Shown: one piece after another, positions 35,558 through 45,284 of the stretch
How the letters are laid out: the number at the start of each line of letters is the position of its first letter
How positions within the stretch are numbered: the first letter of the stretch is position 1
From: Clostridia bacterium DTU065
Lineage (GTDB): Bacteria > Bacillota > DTU065
Direction of reading: 5' to 3'
NCBI GenBank assembly: GCA_001512545.1
Contig: LFSI01000087.1
Coordinates: 22,242-86,241, forward strand
Length of the DNA stretch: 64,000 nt
Made by a program: the position numbers and the translations under genes
The notes under the pieces: model-generated
What the model saw: only the letters and a program-made list of their open reading frames with translations
What the model was told of the DNA's origin: nothing
The model's database searches: none

Positions 35558-38071
35558 ATGCACCTTATCGCTTTTGCCATTAGAACTCTGCCGGCAGAAG
35601 TCAAGAACAATTGGCAGCGATCACTGATTATTATCCTCTGTTTGGCTGTGGGAATTGCATCGGTCGCCGCGGTAAAGATATATACCGATTCGGCACTATC
35701 GTACTTCACCGGCAACGTGAAGGAGTTTGTCGGTGCAGACATCACCGTACAGCTGCCAGGTGAGCTCACAGAAGATCAGGAGAACTTCCTGAACAACCAG
35801 ACTCTGGGAATTATCACCTACGTTGAAAACTACAACCAGGTGGCTTTCAACCCGTTTAACAGGCAGAAAAACATGCCGGTCCAGGTCACTGTGATCGACC
35901 CTGAGGTCTACCCGCTCTACGGTTCCATGGAACTGGCAGACGGCAGCAGTGCACAGGCACTTCTAGATGAACCCCAAGCTGCGCTGGTTTCTGCTTCTCT
36001 GTTCGAGCAGCTGGAGCTGAAAATGGATAACCTTGTACTTGTGGGCAATGTACCCTACATCGTACGGGGAATCCTCAAGGAAACTTCTGTGCCCGATGGA
36101 TTTATGGGTCGCATTTACACCAAGACCCCACCGCAGGAAGGGGTGGGGACTCTTGGCAGCAGATTTGCATACATCAAGCTTGACGAAGGTAAAGATCCCG
36201 AAATTGCGAAAAAGGAAATCCTGGAGTTCTTTGAGCCAGGTGGCGTTTCCACCTACGTGGAAGTCTCGTCGCAGATCAGCCGCTCCGCCAAAGTCCTTGG
36301 AAACGTGGCGCTTATCGCTTCGCTGGCATCGCTCCTTTTGGGCGGTCTTGGCGTTAGCAACGTCGCTCAGGTTATCTCCAGGCAGAAGTTGAAGCAGAGT
36401 GCACTCATGAAGTGCGTCGGGGGGAGAACCTCACAGATTACGCTGATTATCGTTATCCAAATAGCGTTCATCGGATTGATCGGCGTTCTCTGCGGGTTTG
36501 TTTTGGGTTGGGCGCTGACCGGAGTCCTGCCTGGTCTTCTCAAAGACCTGGTGTCCTACAATATACCGATTAAGCCGAACCCCAACGTCTTCTTGCAGGT
36601 TTCCCTTTTGGGACTCCTTGTCACAGTGCTCTTTTCGGTTCTTCCAGTCCTTCGCTTTACAAAGATCAGGCCCCTTGCCATCTATCGCGATGACAACCCC
36701 GAAAGACTGCTTTCGCCGGAATCCAAACTGACCAGTTTTCTGGTTATCATCCTTCTTGCGGGCATCTTCGGTCTGTTTATCGGCTTGATTTTAGACTCGC
36801 TTCTGGCCGGGATCATCTTTACGTTCGCCACTTTGATCCTCACGGCAATCGCCTTAGGGATTATTAAGCTCATTATAAAACTGGTACTTTATCTGCCAAT
36901 CTACTTCAGCACGCCAGCCAAGATGGCGCGGCGTAGCCTGTTCCGCCAGTCGGGAAGGACTGCCGCTGCAGTGCTTGCCCTGTCGTTTGGCATCAGTGCC
37001 ATTGTGCTGATTTCGTTCATTCAGACAGACGTCCTGTCGTTTATGCACGGCCTCCGCGATGACCAGAACACACCGAATATCTTCGCCCTTTTGGACCAGC
37101 AAAACGGTCCTCCTGTTGAAAGTATCGTTGAGTTCATGGAGCAGGATAGCCGGATAGAGAGCTTTTCCACCATGAAGCTCCTTACCTCCAGCCTGGAGAT
37201 AGTAAACGACAGGCTCTACGATCCAACTACAGCTTCAGATTCTAGGTCTGCCATCCTTGCCATGGCGTTTCTCATAGCTGCAGCAGACCCGGAAAACATG
37301 CCCACCGAGTTGAACTATGTTGAAGGCGAGCCTCTGAACTCCGATGGCCAGATCGTCATAGAAGAGCATGTCGCCAAGTCCCTGGGCCTCAAAATCGGCG
37401 ACAGACTGGGACTAAGGGTGGGAACCGATCGCATCTATCTGAATCTTGTAGGTTTCTATTCCAACATGCAGACAGGTGTCAACGTCACATCTTCGAGCTA
37501 CGCTACAAAAGCGTCTCTAGAGGGTCTTTCACCTGAATTCTCCACCGAGTTCCTCTTTGCCAGGACCAAGGCTGGAGTCTCCGGTGAAGAGGTCATCTCC
37601 AGTTTGAGAGCAGCCTACCCCAACATGGGCTTTGCCTTTGATGTAGGTCAGCTGATCAACCTCTTCGACACTGTCTTCTCGGCCATCAGCCGCTTTATGC
37701 AGTTCCTCGGTTTCTTTGCACTAGCCTCTGGATTGATCATTCTAGCAGGCACCATGGTGCTGACCAAATGGGAAAAACGCCGGGAAACCGCGCTCATCCG
37801 CTGCCTCGGCGGCACCACAAAAGACGTGATCAGCGTGCAGCTTTGGGAAAACGGCGTATTGAGCATTCTCTCTGCAGGAATTGGCATTACCTTTGCCAAT
37901 ATTCTCAGTATGGTGATCAACCGCTACGTCCTAGATATTGACTTCGTCTTTAACAAACTGACAAACACAATGGCTTTTGTCCTAGTCCTCCTGGCCGTTA
38001 CTGCAGTTGGCGCCGTTTCTCTGTGGGATGTTCTACACGAGAGACCGCTTAGCGTTTTACGCAACGAATAA
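35558..38071 (+). CDS. ABC permease with two FtsX domains (YbbP-like)
   Basis: Duplicated TM1/large loop/3-TM architecture; SALMKCVGG and ETALIRCLGG motifs; ends RPLSVLRNE. Confidence 0.88.
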   Translation: MHLIAFAIRTLPAEVKNNWQRSLIIILCLAVGIASVAAVKIYTDSALSYFTGNVKEFVGADITVQLPGELTEDQENFLNNQTLGIITYVENYNQVAFNPFNRQKNMPVQVTVIDPEVYPLYGSMELADGSSAQALLDEPQAALVSASLFEQLELKMDNLVLVGNVPYIVRGILKETSVPDGFMGRIYTKTPPQEGVGTLGSRFAYIKLDEGKDPEIAKKEILEFFEPGGVSTYVEVSSQISRSAKVLGNVALIASLASLLLGGLGVSNVAQVISRQKLKQSALMKCVGGRTSQITLIIVIQIAFIGLIGVLCGFVLGWALTGVLPGLLKDLVSYNIPIKPNPNVFLQVSLLGLLVTVLFSVLPVLRFTKIRPLAIYRDDNPERLLSPESKLTSFLVIILLAGIFGLFIGLILDSLLAGIIFTFATLILTAIALGIIKLIIKLVLYLPIYFSTPAKMARRSLFRQSGRTAAAVLALSFGISAIVLISFIQTDVLSFMHGLRDDQNTPNIFALLDQQNGPPVESIVEFMEQDSRIESFSTMKLLTSSLEIVNDRLYDPTTASDSRSAILAMAFLIAAADPENMPTELNYVEGEPLNSDGQIVIEEHVAKSLGLKIGDRLGLRVGTDRIYLNLVGFYSNMQTGVNVTSSSYATKASLEGLSPEFSTEFLFARTKAGVSGEEVISSLRAAYPNMGFAFDVGQLINLFDTVFSAISRFMQFLGFFALASGLIILAGTMVLTKWEKRRETALIRCLGGTTKDVISVQLWENGVLSILSAGIGITFANILSMVINRYVLDIDFVFNKLTNTMAFVLVLLAVTAVGAVSLWDVLHERPLSVLRNE

Positions 38072-38164
38072 TCAAAGCCACGGATGCAACTCATCCGTGG
38101 CTACTCTGTCTTTTTTTGGCGTGACTTGTTAATTCTATAAACTTATCATGTAAGGGGTGTAGAT

Positions 38165-39274
38165 ATGGAAGGACCGCGTGCTGCAAGAAAAGAAGAACTT
38201 CAGGATTTGATCGATCTAATTAATTACGTGTTTAGGGTCAGCGCAAGCAAAGAGCCAGATATGCACATCTGTTTTCCGCTGTTTATCAGCGAGAATAACC
38301 TGGACAATCTCCTGGTGTATGCCGATCGCAAGACAGGTAAGCCCATCAGCCACCTGGGACTTTGGATCAACGACTTCAGCTACTTTGGCGAGTCCCTGAA
38401 AATCGGCTACATAGGTTCGGTCTGTACCCACCCAGACTACAGAGGTCAGGGGTTGGCTAGTAAGCTTCTAGATGTGGCTTTCCAACAGCTGGAACAAAAC
38501 GGCGTTGACCTTCTCTTAGTGTCGGGTTCTAGAAGCCTTTACGTGAGAGCAGGATGCAGAGTAGTGGGCGTTGTGAATTGGTACACCATTCCCAAGAAAG
38601 AACAGGACGTTTGGTTTGACGTGACTGTCGATCCTCCTGTAGAACCACTGAACGAGCTCTGGATGAAAGAACCTCTGCGCACAAAGCGCGGCTTGAAGAA
38701 CTTCGAAGCTCTAGTGGAAGCCGGTGCATTGCCCCGCTGTATGGGCTCGAAATCCAAGGTTTACCTTGCTTCTATCGGCGGAGTTCCACTGGCATACGTG
38801 CAAGCCGTGCACAACAAAGACGGCTCTGTATATATCTATGAGTGGGCTGGCGACAGATCGGTGATCGTGGATCTGGTAAGATTTGTGGCAAACAATACGG
38901 AAAGTGACACCAGCTGGCCTGTCCCTTCCTGGGAGACGGCGCTCCTTGAGTTCCTTTCCAAGATGGAAGCCCCTGTAACCAAAACCGGAGCCCTTTCGGG
39001 AACCTACAAGATCATCCGCTTCGCGTCGTTCATAGAAAAGGTTGGCAGATATCTCGCCGAAGCCTTCGGCGGAAGCCCCCTCACAGGCTTCGATCAGGAT
39101 GGGATGCAGGTCTTGGTCTATGAGGACGAAAAGCTTGCCCTACCTCCAGATGAAATGCTGAACCTGCTCTTCAGCGGAAAGCTGCCCGATGCAGTGCCGC
39201 CGAAAATGCAAGCGCTGTTCGAAAAAGCCCTACCGCTTCCTCTGCCCTGGCCTATCGGTTTCGACTTCATTTAA
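38165..39274 (+). CDS. GNAT acetyltransferase (Eis-like N-domain)
   Basis: IGSVCTHPDYRGQGLASKLL acetyl-CoA motif; LYVRAG. Confidence 0.85.
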   Translation: MEGPRAARKEELQDLIDLINYVFRVSASKEPDMHICFPLFISENNLDNLLVYADRKTGKPISHLGLWINDFSYFGESLKIGYIGSVCTHPDYRGQGLASKLLDVAFQQLEQNGVDLLLVSGSRSLYVRAGCRVVGVVNWYTIPKKEQDVWFDVTVDPPVEPLNELWMKEPLRTKRGLKNFEALVEAGALPRCMGSKSKVYLASIGGVPLAYVQAVHNKDGSVYIYEWAGDRSVIVDLVRFVANNTESDTSWPVPSWETALLEFLSKMEAPVTKTGALSGTYKIIRFASFIEKVGRYLAEAFGGSPLTGFDQDGMQVLVYEDEKLALPPDEMLNLLFSGKLPDAVPPKMQALFEKALPLPLPWPIGFDFI

Positions 39275-39503
39275 GTTTGATTCTCCTAATGCAGCAGCTC
39301 TTTTGAGCTGCTTTCTTTTCGTCAAAAAATCAACGTTCTTTCTCTCGTGTATAAAATCCCAAGATTTGGGTATAATTGCATAAACTGTTCAAAGGCGGGT
39401 AAAACCCCTTCCGAGTTCTTCTACCCGGCCAGTTGCTAGAAGGGTCCCTCTCATCGGAATGGGAATCACTTGCCTGGGCCTAATATGAGAGGAGGAACTT
39501 GCG

Positions 39504-40010
39504 GTGAAAAGAAGTTCCGCAGTTGTTTTGGTTTTGATCCTGGTGATGGTGTTGGGACCTCTGGCCGGCGCTTTTGATAAAACCTTAAAAGTCAACGTGT
39601 TGGATGTTGCCCACCTTAGCTCATTTAACACAGTGCTGGTTATCAGCTACGAAACCCGGTTAAGCGGAAGGTTTTCGTTAGTGACCGGAGCTAACATCCC
39701 CATTAGCAGCCTGTTAGGCGCCGATGTCGGCGTCCGCTACTACCTCACTTCCAATGCCATGAAAGGGCTTTTTGCCGAAAGCAGGCTGATAACGCTGGGA
39801 TTGGTAGCACCTGGAGGTGGAATCTTCCTTGGCGGAATCAATCCCGGAGTTGGCTACAAACTTGCCTTTAATAGCGGCATCACTCTATATGCCAGTGTGG
39901 GATTTGTGACGTTCCTATTCGGAGGAGTTGTCACTACAGAAGGCGGAGGTGGAGCTTTTGTCGCCGCTACAGCTCCCGATATCAAACTTGGTGTAGGTTA
40001 TTCCTGGTAG
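39504..40010 (+). CDS. secreted putative outer-membrane beta-barrel (DUF3575-like), copy 1
   Basis: Signal peptide; LKVN, SYET, GVRYY, KGLFA, GVGYK; C-terminus LGVGYSW. Confidence 0.7.
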   Translation: MKRSSAVVLVLILVMVLGPLAGAFDKTLKVNVLDVAHLSSFNTVLVISYETRLSGRFSLVTGANIPISSLLGADVGVRYYLTSNAMKGLFAESRLITLGLVAPGGGIFLGGINPGVGYKLAFNSGITLYASVGFVTFLFGGVVTTEGGGGAFVAATAPDIKLGVGYSW

Positions 40011-40354
40011 AGACAAAATAGAGGGCTTTGCCCTCTTTTGTGTCCCTTCTGCGCTAAGCACATAAAGAGGATCTGCATATTCTTCCAAAATCTGGTTATG
40101 CCAATCCATTGGTATACAAGGCTTCCTGGAAAACATAGTAATAATTGAAGAAAAAAGTGTTGTTTTTAAACTGTACAAGACCTCCGGCTCACGTTATGAT
40201 AGAAAGTGTATTGGCACTTTTAGCAATATTATCTGTTTCGGGAATCATTTGACTGGTCCTACGGGCCAGTGGAATCTATTAGGCGAACTTACGCTTTTGT
40301 TGTAGGACTCTACTTCGAGAGCAGTCCCGTCTACTTATAAGGAGGAAGGTTTTT

Positions 40355-40879
40355 ATGAAAAAGACTGTTTTGGGTGTGCTCTGCTTGGTTTTTGCTCTGG
40401 TTATGTTCGCTTCTGCAGCTCCTTTTTCCAACACGATAAAGGTTAACCTGCTTGGCGGTATAGGGGTGGAGTATGAAACCAAAGCACCTGCTGGGTTGAG
40501 TTCTACGCTTGGTTCAATCATTAAGCCTCTAACCAAGACTACTCCAAAAGATCAGTTTACCGTGGTTCTTGGTGGCCGTATCGGCGGTGGTTTTGGTGGA
40601 TCTGGCGCTGTTCGCTACTACTTAGAGCCCAGTACGATGAAGGGCATTTTTGCTCAAACTGGCGCTTACGCATTAGGTGCCGTTGTGGGTAGCAACTTCT
40701 ACCTTACTACTGGAATCAGTATCGAAGGCGGTTACAAGTACGTTATGGATAACGGAATTACCGCAGAAGCCTCTGCAGGACTTTCCACTGGAATCCTCTC
40801 CATCAACTCTGTTACTGGACTCGGATTCCCCATTCGTCCGGGCTTCGTCTTCGGTGTTGGCGTAGGTTATTCTTGGTAA
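40355..40879 (+). CDS. secreted putative outer-membrane beta-barrel (DUF3575-like), copy 2
   Basis: Signal peptide; IKVN, EYET, AVRYY, MKGIFA, GGYK; C-terminus VGVGYSW. Confidence 0.7.
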   Translation: MKKTVLGVLCLVFALVMFASAAPFSNTIKVNLLGGIGVEYETKAPAGLSSTLGSIIKPLTKTTPKDQFTVVLGGRIGGGFGGSGAVRYYLEPSTMKGIFAQTGAYALGAVVGSNFYLTTGISIEGGYKYVMDNGITAEASAGLSTGILSINSVTGLGFPIRPGFVFGVGVGYSW

Positions 40880-40882
40880 GAC

Positions 40883-40911
40883 AAAAAAGAGGGCACATGC
40901 CCTCTTTTTTT
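40883..40911. terminator. bidirectional terminator
   Basis: A6-GAGGGCA-ca-TGCCCTC-T7 between convergent genes. Confidence 0.8.
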
Positions 40912-42130
40912 ATTCATATCTCAAAGCATCTACAGGATTGAGTCTGGCTGCTTTTTGCGCCGGATAGACTCCAAAGAAGAGGCCTACAGCACTGGAGAAC
41001 AGGATGGCAATAACCGTCGCCCTCACAGAGAAGATGAACTTGATCTGAATGATCTTGGTCATCAGGTCGCCAAGGAGCTTCCCGGCTCCTATACCGATGA
41101 TGCCGCCAGCAACGCTCAGCACAAGTGCCTCCAGTAAAAACTGCATGAAAATGTGCTTTTTCTTGGCTCCCAAAGACTTGCGAATGCCGATTTCTCTAGT
41201 TCTTTCAGTAACCGAGACCAGCATGATATTCATAATGCCAATGCCTCCGACCAAAAGGCCTATTCCGCCGATACCGGCCAAAAACCAGGTAATTGTACTG
41301 GCGACCTCGTTCATGGTCTCGCGAATACTCTCCTGAGAGACCACGCTGAACTCGTTTGAACTGCCCAGTCTGCTTGTGAGGTAATGGTTCAGTGCTGCCA
41401 TGACGTGCTGTTCCTCGTCGGAGCTTTCGTACTTTGTAACGAAGCTGGAAATGGATTTTGAAGCAATCCCCCTGCTTGTTAAGGCAGTTACGGGAACGAA
41501 GATCTGGTTGGAAGCAAACGTAATGGCCGTTTGCGGTTTTTTGCTCATTACCCCCACAACTGTGAGCTTGACGCTGTGATTGCCAATGTTGGCCCTAATA
41601 CTCTGGCCTATAGGATTAGTTAGACCGAAGAGTTCCGTCGCGGTTTCAAGGCTCAAAACCGCAACCAACCGGTTTTCTGCCAGATCATCTTCGTCGATAA
41701 ACCTGCCAACCAGAAGAGGATACTCATAAACGTCTACATACCCTGGGGTGGCCCCGATCACCCTGGTCTGCAGGCTATCACCGGTGTCGAGGTATAAGGT
41801 GGCGTTGGTCTCAACAGACGGAACAACATCGATTAGCTCTGGAACGGCTTCTTTGAGCCTTGCTGCTAGGTCTAAGGTGAAAACCCTATCTGCTGCAGTA
41901 GCACTAGAGCGCCCTCTCCGCGCAACTGTGTAACGCCTGCTGATGGTGATTACGTTCGAACCTAGAGAACTGATGGAGCGCAAGACCTGTTCAGTTACAC
42001 CGTCGCCTAAGGACATCATAGCGATTACAGACGCGATACCGATGACGATGCCGAGAACTGAAAGGAAAGTGCGCAGCTTGTTTTCGCCAAGACTCTTAAA
42101 AGAGATGAATAGAGCCTCAATTAACCACAC
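40910..42130 (-). CDS. MacB-type ABC permease
   Basis: NKLRTFLSVLGIVIGI, GGIGIMNIMLVSVTERTREIGIRKSLGA, AARLNPVDALRYE. Confidence 0.93.
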   Translation of the reverse strand: MWLIEALFISFKSLGENKLRTFLSVLGIVIGIASVIAMMSLGDGVTEQVLRSISSLGSNVITISRRYTVARRGRSSATAADRVFTLDLAARLKEAVPELIDVVPSVETNATLYLDTGDSLQTRVIGATPGYVDVYEYPLLVGRFIDEDDLAENRLVAVLSLETATELFGLTNPIGQSIRANIGNHSVKLTVVGVMSKKPQTAITFASNQIFVPVTALTSRGIASKSISSFVTKYESSDEEQHVMAALNHYLTSRLGSSNEFSVVSQESIRETMNEVASTITWFLAGIGGIGLLVGGIGIMNIMLVSVTERTREIGIRKSLGAKKKHIFMQFLLEALVLSVAGGIIGIGAGKLLGDLMTKIIQIKFIFSVRATVIAILFSSAVGLFFGVYPAQKAARLNPVDALRYE

Positions 42131-42824
42131 CTAAACCACCTTCCTCTACCCTCTCAATGAGCCCGTCTTTCAAGTGAATAATTCTTTGGGCATACTCTGC
42201 CACTTCTCTGGAGTGGGTCACTAAGATTATTGTGTGCCCTTTTTTATTAAGGTCCTTAAACAGGTCCATTATGGCCGTTCCTGTTTTGGAGTCCAGGTTA
42301 CCTGTGGGCTCATCGGCAAGAATAATGGTGGGGTTGTTTACCAGAGCTCTAGCTATTGCCACTCTCTGTCTCTCACCACCGGAGATCTCGCTGGGGAGGT
42401 GCTTCAGCCTTCCGGAAAGACCAACGGCGGCGAGAGCTTCTTCCGCAAGCTTCCTACGGGCTTTACGACTTACCCCTCTGTACTGCAGGGGGACTTCAAC
42501 GTTCTGTAGGATGTTTAGCCTGGGCAGAAGGTTAAAACTTTGAAAGACAAAGCCGATTTTTGTGTTTCGCAGCTCTGCCAGAGCACTGTCGGAAAACTGC
42601 TTTACGTCCCTGCCGTCAATGGCGATGGAACCGGACGTGGGTTCGTCGAGGCAGCCCATGATGTGCATCAGCGTGGATTTCCCCGAACCGGATGACCCCA
42701 TGATGGCCAGCATCTCGCCTTTATGCACCTTGAAACTTACGCCCTTAAGGGCAGCCACTTCAACCCTGCCCAGCTTGTAAACTCTTACAACGTCCCGTAC
42801 TTCGATGGCTGTCTGCGTGCTCAA
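42117..42824 (-). CDS. MacB-type ABC ATP-binding protein
   Basis: [26 protein letters not shown]. Confidence 0.93.
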   Translation of the reverse strand: MSTQTAIEVRDVVRVYKLGRVEVAALKGVSFKVHKGEMLAIMGSSGSGKSTLMHIMGCLDEPTSGSIAIDGRDVKQFSDSALAELRNTKIGFVFQSFNLLPRLNILQNVEVPLQYRGVSRKARRKLAEEALAAVGLSGRLKHLPSEISGGERQRVAIARALVNNPTIILADEPTGNLDSKTGTAIMDLFKDLNKKGHTIILVTHSREVAEYAQRIIHLKDGLIERVEEGGLGVVN

Positions 42825-42825
42825 C

Positions 42826-43926
42826 CTAGAACCTCCCTCCCGTAATCGACCTGAACTGAACTTGCGGTACGCCTACGGCAGGGGCTCCTCGGTTCTGGGA
42901 CTGGCCAGGCTGCGGTTGAGTTTCACCTACCAGTTCTGCTGCTGCGTCAATATAGAGACTGTAATTGGTTCTGAGAATAGTGGTGTAAGGCTCAAGTCCG
43001 GACAGAACCGCGACGTTCAAACCGTCTGAAAGGCCGAGCTGCACTTCAACCACCTTGGTGTCGTCTCCGTCAACAACTGTGACATAGCTTCTGCCTCCCA
43101 CTCTGTTTACCGATTCCACCGGTACGACAACCACATCTGTCGCTTGGGCAGTGACGATGTCTATGTTGCAGTTCATTCCCGGTCTGAGGCGGTCATCTGA
43201 AGCGGAAAGCCGTACTTCCACAGGATAGGTCACCGGGTCTCCCTGTCCTACAGGAAGCACGCCTACATTGGTGATCTTAGCAGGATAAGTCTGGTTTCCT
43301 AAAGACGAAACGGTTACAATGACGTTTTGATCCTGCTTAATATCTGAGATCTCCAACTCGCTGATCCTTAAGTTGATTTTGAAGTTTTGCATATCCACTA
43401 TCTGCACGATAGAGGTACCGCTTGCAACACGGTCCTTATCGTCCACGTGAACCTCAACAATGGTGCCGGAGATCGGCGCCCTGATCTCTGTTCTCTGCAG
43501 CGCCAGTTCGGCGTTTTTCAGCTGGATAGCCTTCTGCCTTATAGTGATCTCATCTCCATCGATGAGAGCTGCTTCGTAATCTCTTTTAGCAATGATGTAG
43601 TCCAGCTCCGCCTGCTCGTTTTCCAGCACTGCCAGAAGGTCGCCTTCTTTTACAACATCGTTCTTCTTCACCAACAGCTCTTTGATCTCCCCACTGGTCT
43701 CTGCAGCTACAGTTACATTGGCTGCAGGCTCGAGAGTTCCGGAACTGCTTATATACGTGGCAATGTTGCCGCGCGTTGCGACAACCGTATTCTGCCTCAT
43801 TCTAAACGCATCTACAAAAGGCTGATTTGGCTTCTTACGTTGCTGTAGGTAGTAGTAAACTCCACCTGCCCCTCCAGCAATCACCACCAAAACCACCAGC
43901 AAAATGAAGAGCTTCTTTCTCTTCAT
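42826..43926 (-). CDS. periplasmic adaptor / membrane fusion protein (MacA-like)
   Basis: N-terminal TM; lipoyl halves SGEIKELLVKKNDVVKEGDLL and IRAPISGTI; LRPGM. Confidence 0.9.
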   Translation of the reverse strand: MKRKKLFILLVVLVVIAGGAGGVYYYLQQRKKPNQPFVDAFRMRQNTVVATRGNIATYISSSGTLEPAANVTVAAETSGEIKELLVKKNDVVKEGDLLAVLENEQAELDYIIAKRDYEAALIDGDEITIRQKAIQLKNAELALQRTEIRAPISGTIVEVHVDDKDRVASGTSIVQIVDMQNFKINLRISELEISDIKQDQNVIVTVSSLGNQTYPAKITNVGVLPVGQGDPVTYPVEVRLSASDDRLRPGMNCNIDIVTAQATDVVVVPVESVNRVGGRSYVTVVDGDDTKVVEVQLGLSDGLNVAVLSGLEPYTTILRTNYSLYIDAAAELVGETQPQPGQSQNRGAPAVGVPQVQFRSITGGRF

Positions 43927-45284
43927 TGATAGATCACCACCCTATCTGTGCGACCTGTGGCAAACATAGCCTTGTTTGCAGCTACGTGCAAGCTAACCAG
44001 CTGATCGAGAAGCTCCAGATACCTTTCAAAAGCCGCTCTTTCTGCATCAAGATAGTCCGACTCTTTGATTACTCCCGCTTCCAGCTGGAGTTTTTTTGCC
44101 TGTAGGTCTCTTTTGGCTTTGATAAAGTTCATTTCTCTCGTTTTCGTCTGGTAAACCATCAACTCCCAATCCTCTTGCATGCGGGTAATATCCGTTTCCA
44201 CCTGTTTCAAAGCAGCCAAGTAGTTTTCCTCGGCGCTCTGGTATCTTTCTTGGTTCTCCTTGTAGGTGAAGTTGAAGAAGATGTCGTTGGTGTTGAACCC
44301 CATGCTCAAGTTAACGGACCAGGATGGTGTGGAGTTTCCCCCAAGTTCTTTCACGTTGACGCTAAAGCCCAAAGAAGAATCGATGAAGCTGTACCTGCTG
44401 TCCTCTACGGCCTTTTTTGCTTCGTCCAGGGCGTCTTTGGCTTTGAGGACATCGAGGCTGATCTCCTTGGCTCTGGCAATATCCCTTTCCAGATCCCAGA
44501 CTAGATCCGGATACACTATCCGGTCGTAGACTACCCTCTCGGGAACGGAGTCGGTGCTGAGACCAAGAGACTGGCAGAACTCGGTCCAGCTTCTCTCAAA
44601 GTTCAGCTGCGCCGACTTATACTGGTAGAACGCACTGCGGTAGGCGATCTCCTTGTCTTCCAACTCGCTTCTGGTGATGTTTCCTAGTTGAAACTCAATC
44701 TCGGCAGCGGCATACTCGTCAGACCGCCGTTTTAAATCTATCTCTTGCATAAGGAGTTTTTCGTACTGAATCTGATTTTTTACGTAGTTCTGGTACAGTG
44801 AAAGTTCTTCGTTAAAGAGCTTCTGGGCATCTGACCTTTCTGCTCGGTCTAAAGTCTTCTTACCGGATTCCAGCTTCACCAGGCCGTTTGAGTTTGTCAT
44901 GAGTGGCCAGACGCTTGCGGAAACGCTGAAGCTCACAGCGCTGTCTTGGGCTCCAGGTCTCGGGACGAACTTCAGCTGCATATTGGCCCCAATAGGTGTG
45001 TTCCAGCTTAAAGTGTAGCTAGAGCTCAGTTGGAAGTCTCTTCCCATGGCCTTCGTAACTCTGGAACTTCCGGAAAGATTGGGATAGAGGCTTGCTTTGG
45101 TCTTCTCCAAGCTTCTTTCTGCTTGAGTCGACTCGGCAAACTGATACGACTGCCTTTTTGCTTCGAGAACGTCTTGAAGGCTAATAGTCTCTTTAACTTC
45201 ATCTGCTACTGCCAAAGCCACTAGAGAAAACGCCACAAGCAGCACGCAGAGAAGCTTCTTAGTGATCTGCAAAGAACTGCTCAA
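43923..45284 (-). CDS. TolC-family outer-membrane efflux protein
   Basis: Signal peptide; two helical repeats with FQLGNIT and LEAGVIK motifs; two beta-strand-like segments; in an operon with MacAB-like genes. Confidence 0.7.
   Translation of the reverse strand: MSSSLQITKKLLCVLLVAFSLVALAVADEVKETISLQDVLEAKRQSYQFAESTQAERSLEKTKASLYPNLSGSSRVTKAMGRDFQLSSSYTLSWNTPIGANMQLKFVPRPGAQDSAVSFSVSASVWPLMTNSNGLVKLESGKKTLDRAERSDAQKLFNEELSLYQNYVKNQIQYEKLLMQEIDLKRRSDEYAAAEIEFQLGNITRSELEDKEIAYRSAFYQYKSAQLNFERSWTEFCQSLGLSTDSVPERVVYDRIVYPDLVWDLERDIARAKEISLDVLKAKDALDEAKKAVEDSRYSFIDSSLGFSVNVKELGGNSTPSWSVNLSMGFNTNDIFFNFTYKENQERYQSAEENYLAALKQVETDITRMQEDWELMVYQTKTREMNFIKAKRDLQAKKLQLEAGVIKESDYLDAERAAFERYLELLDQLVSLHVAANKAMFATGRTDRVVIYQ

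Noticed and set aside
25374..39370. CCAAGATTTGGG occurring in two intergenic regions (about 25374 and 39359)
   Set aside because: Only 12 nt, in different contexts (one between convergent genes); compatible with chance.
40211..40225. sigma54 promoter-like TGGCAC...GCA
   Set aside because: Only 8 nt between GG and GC instead of the required 10.
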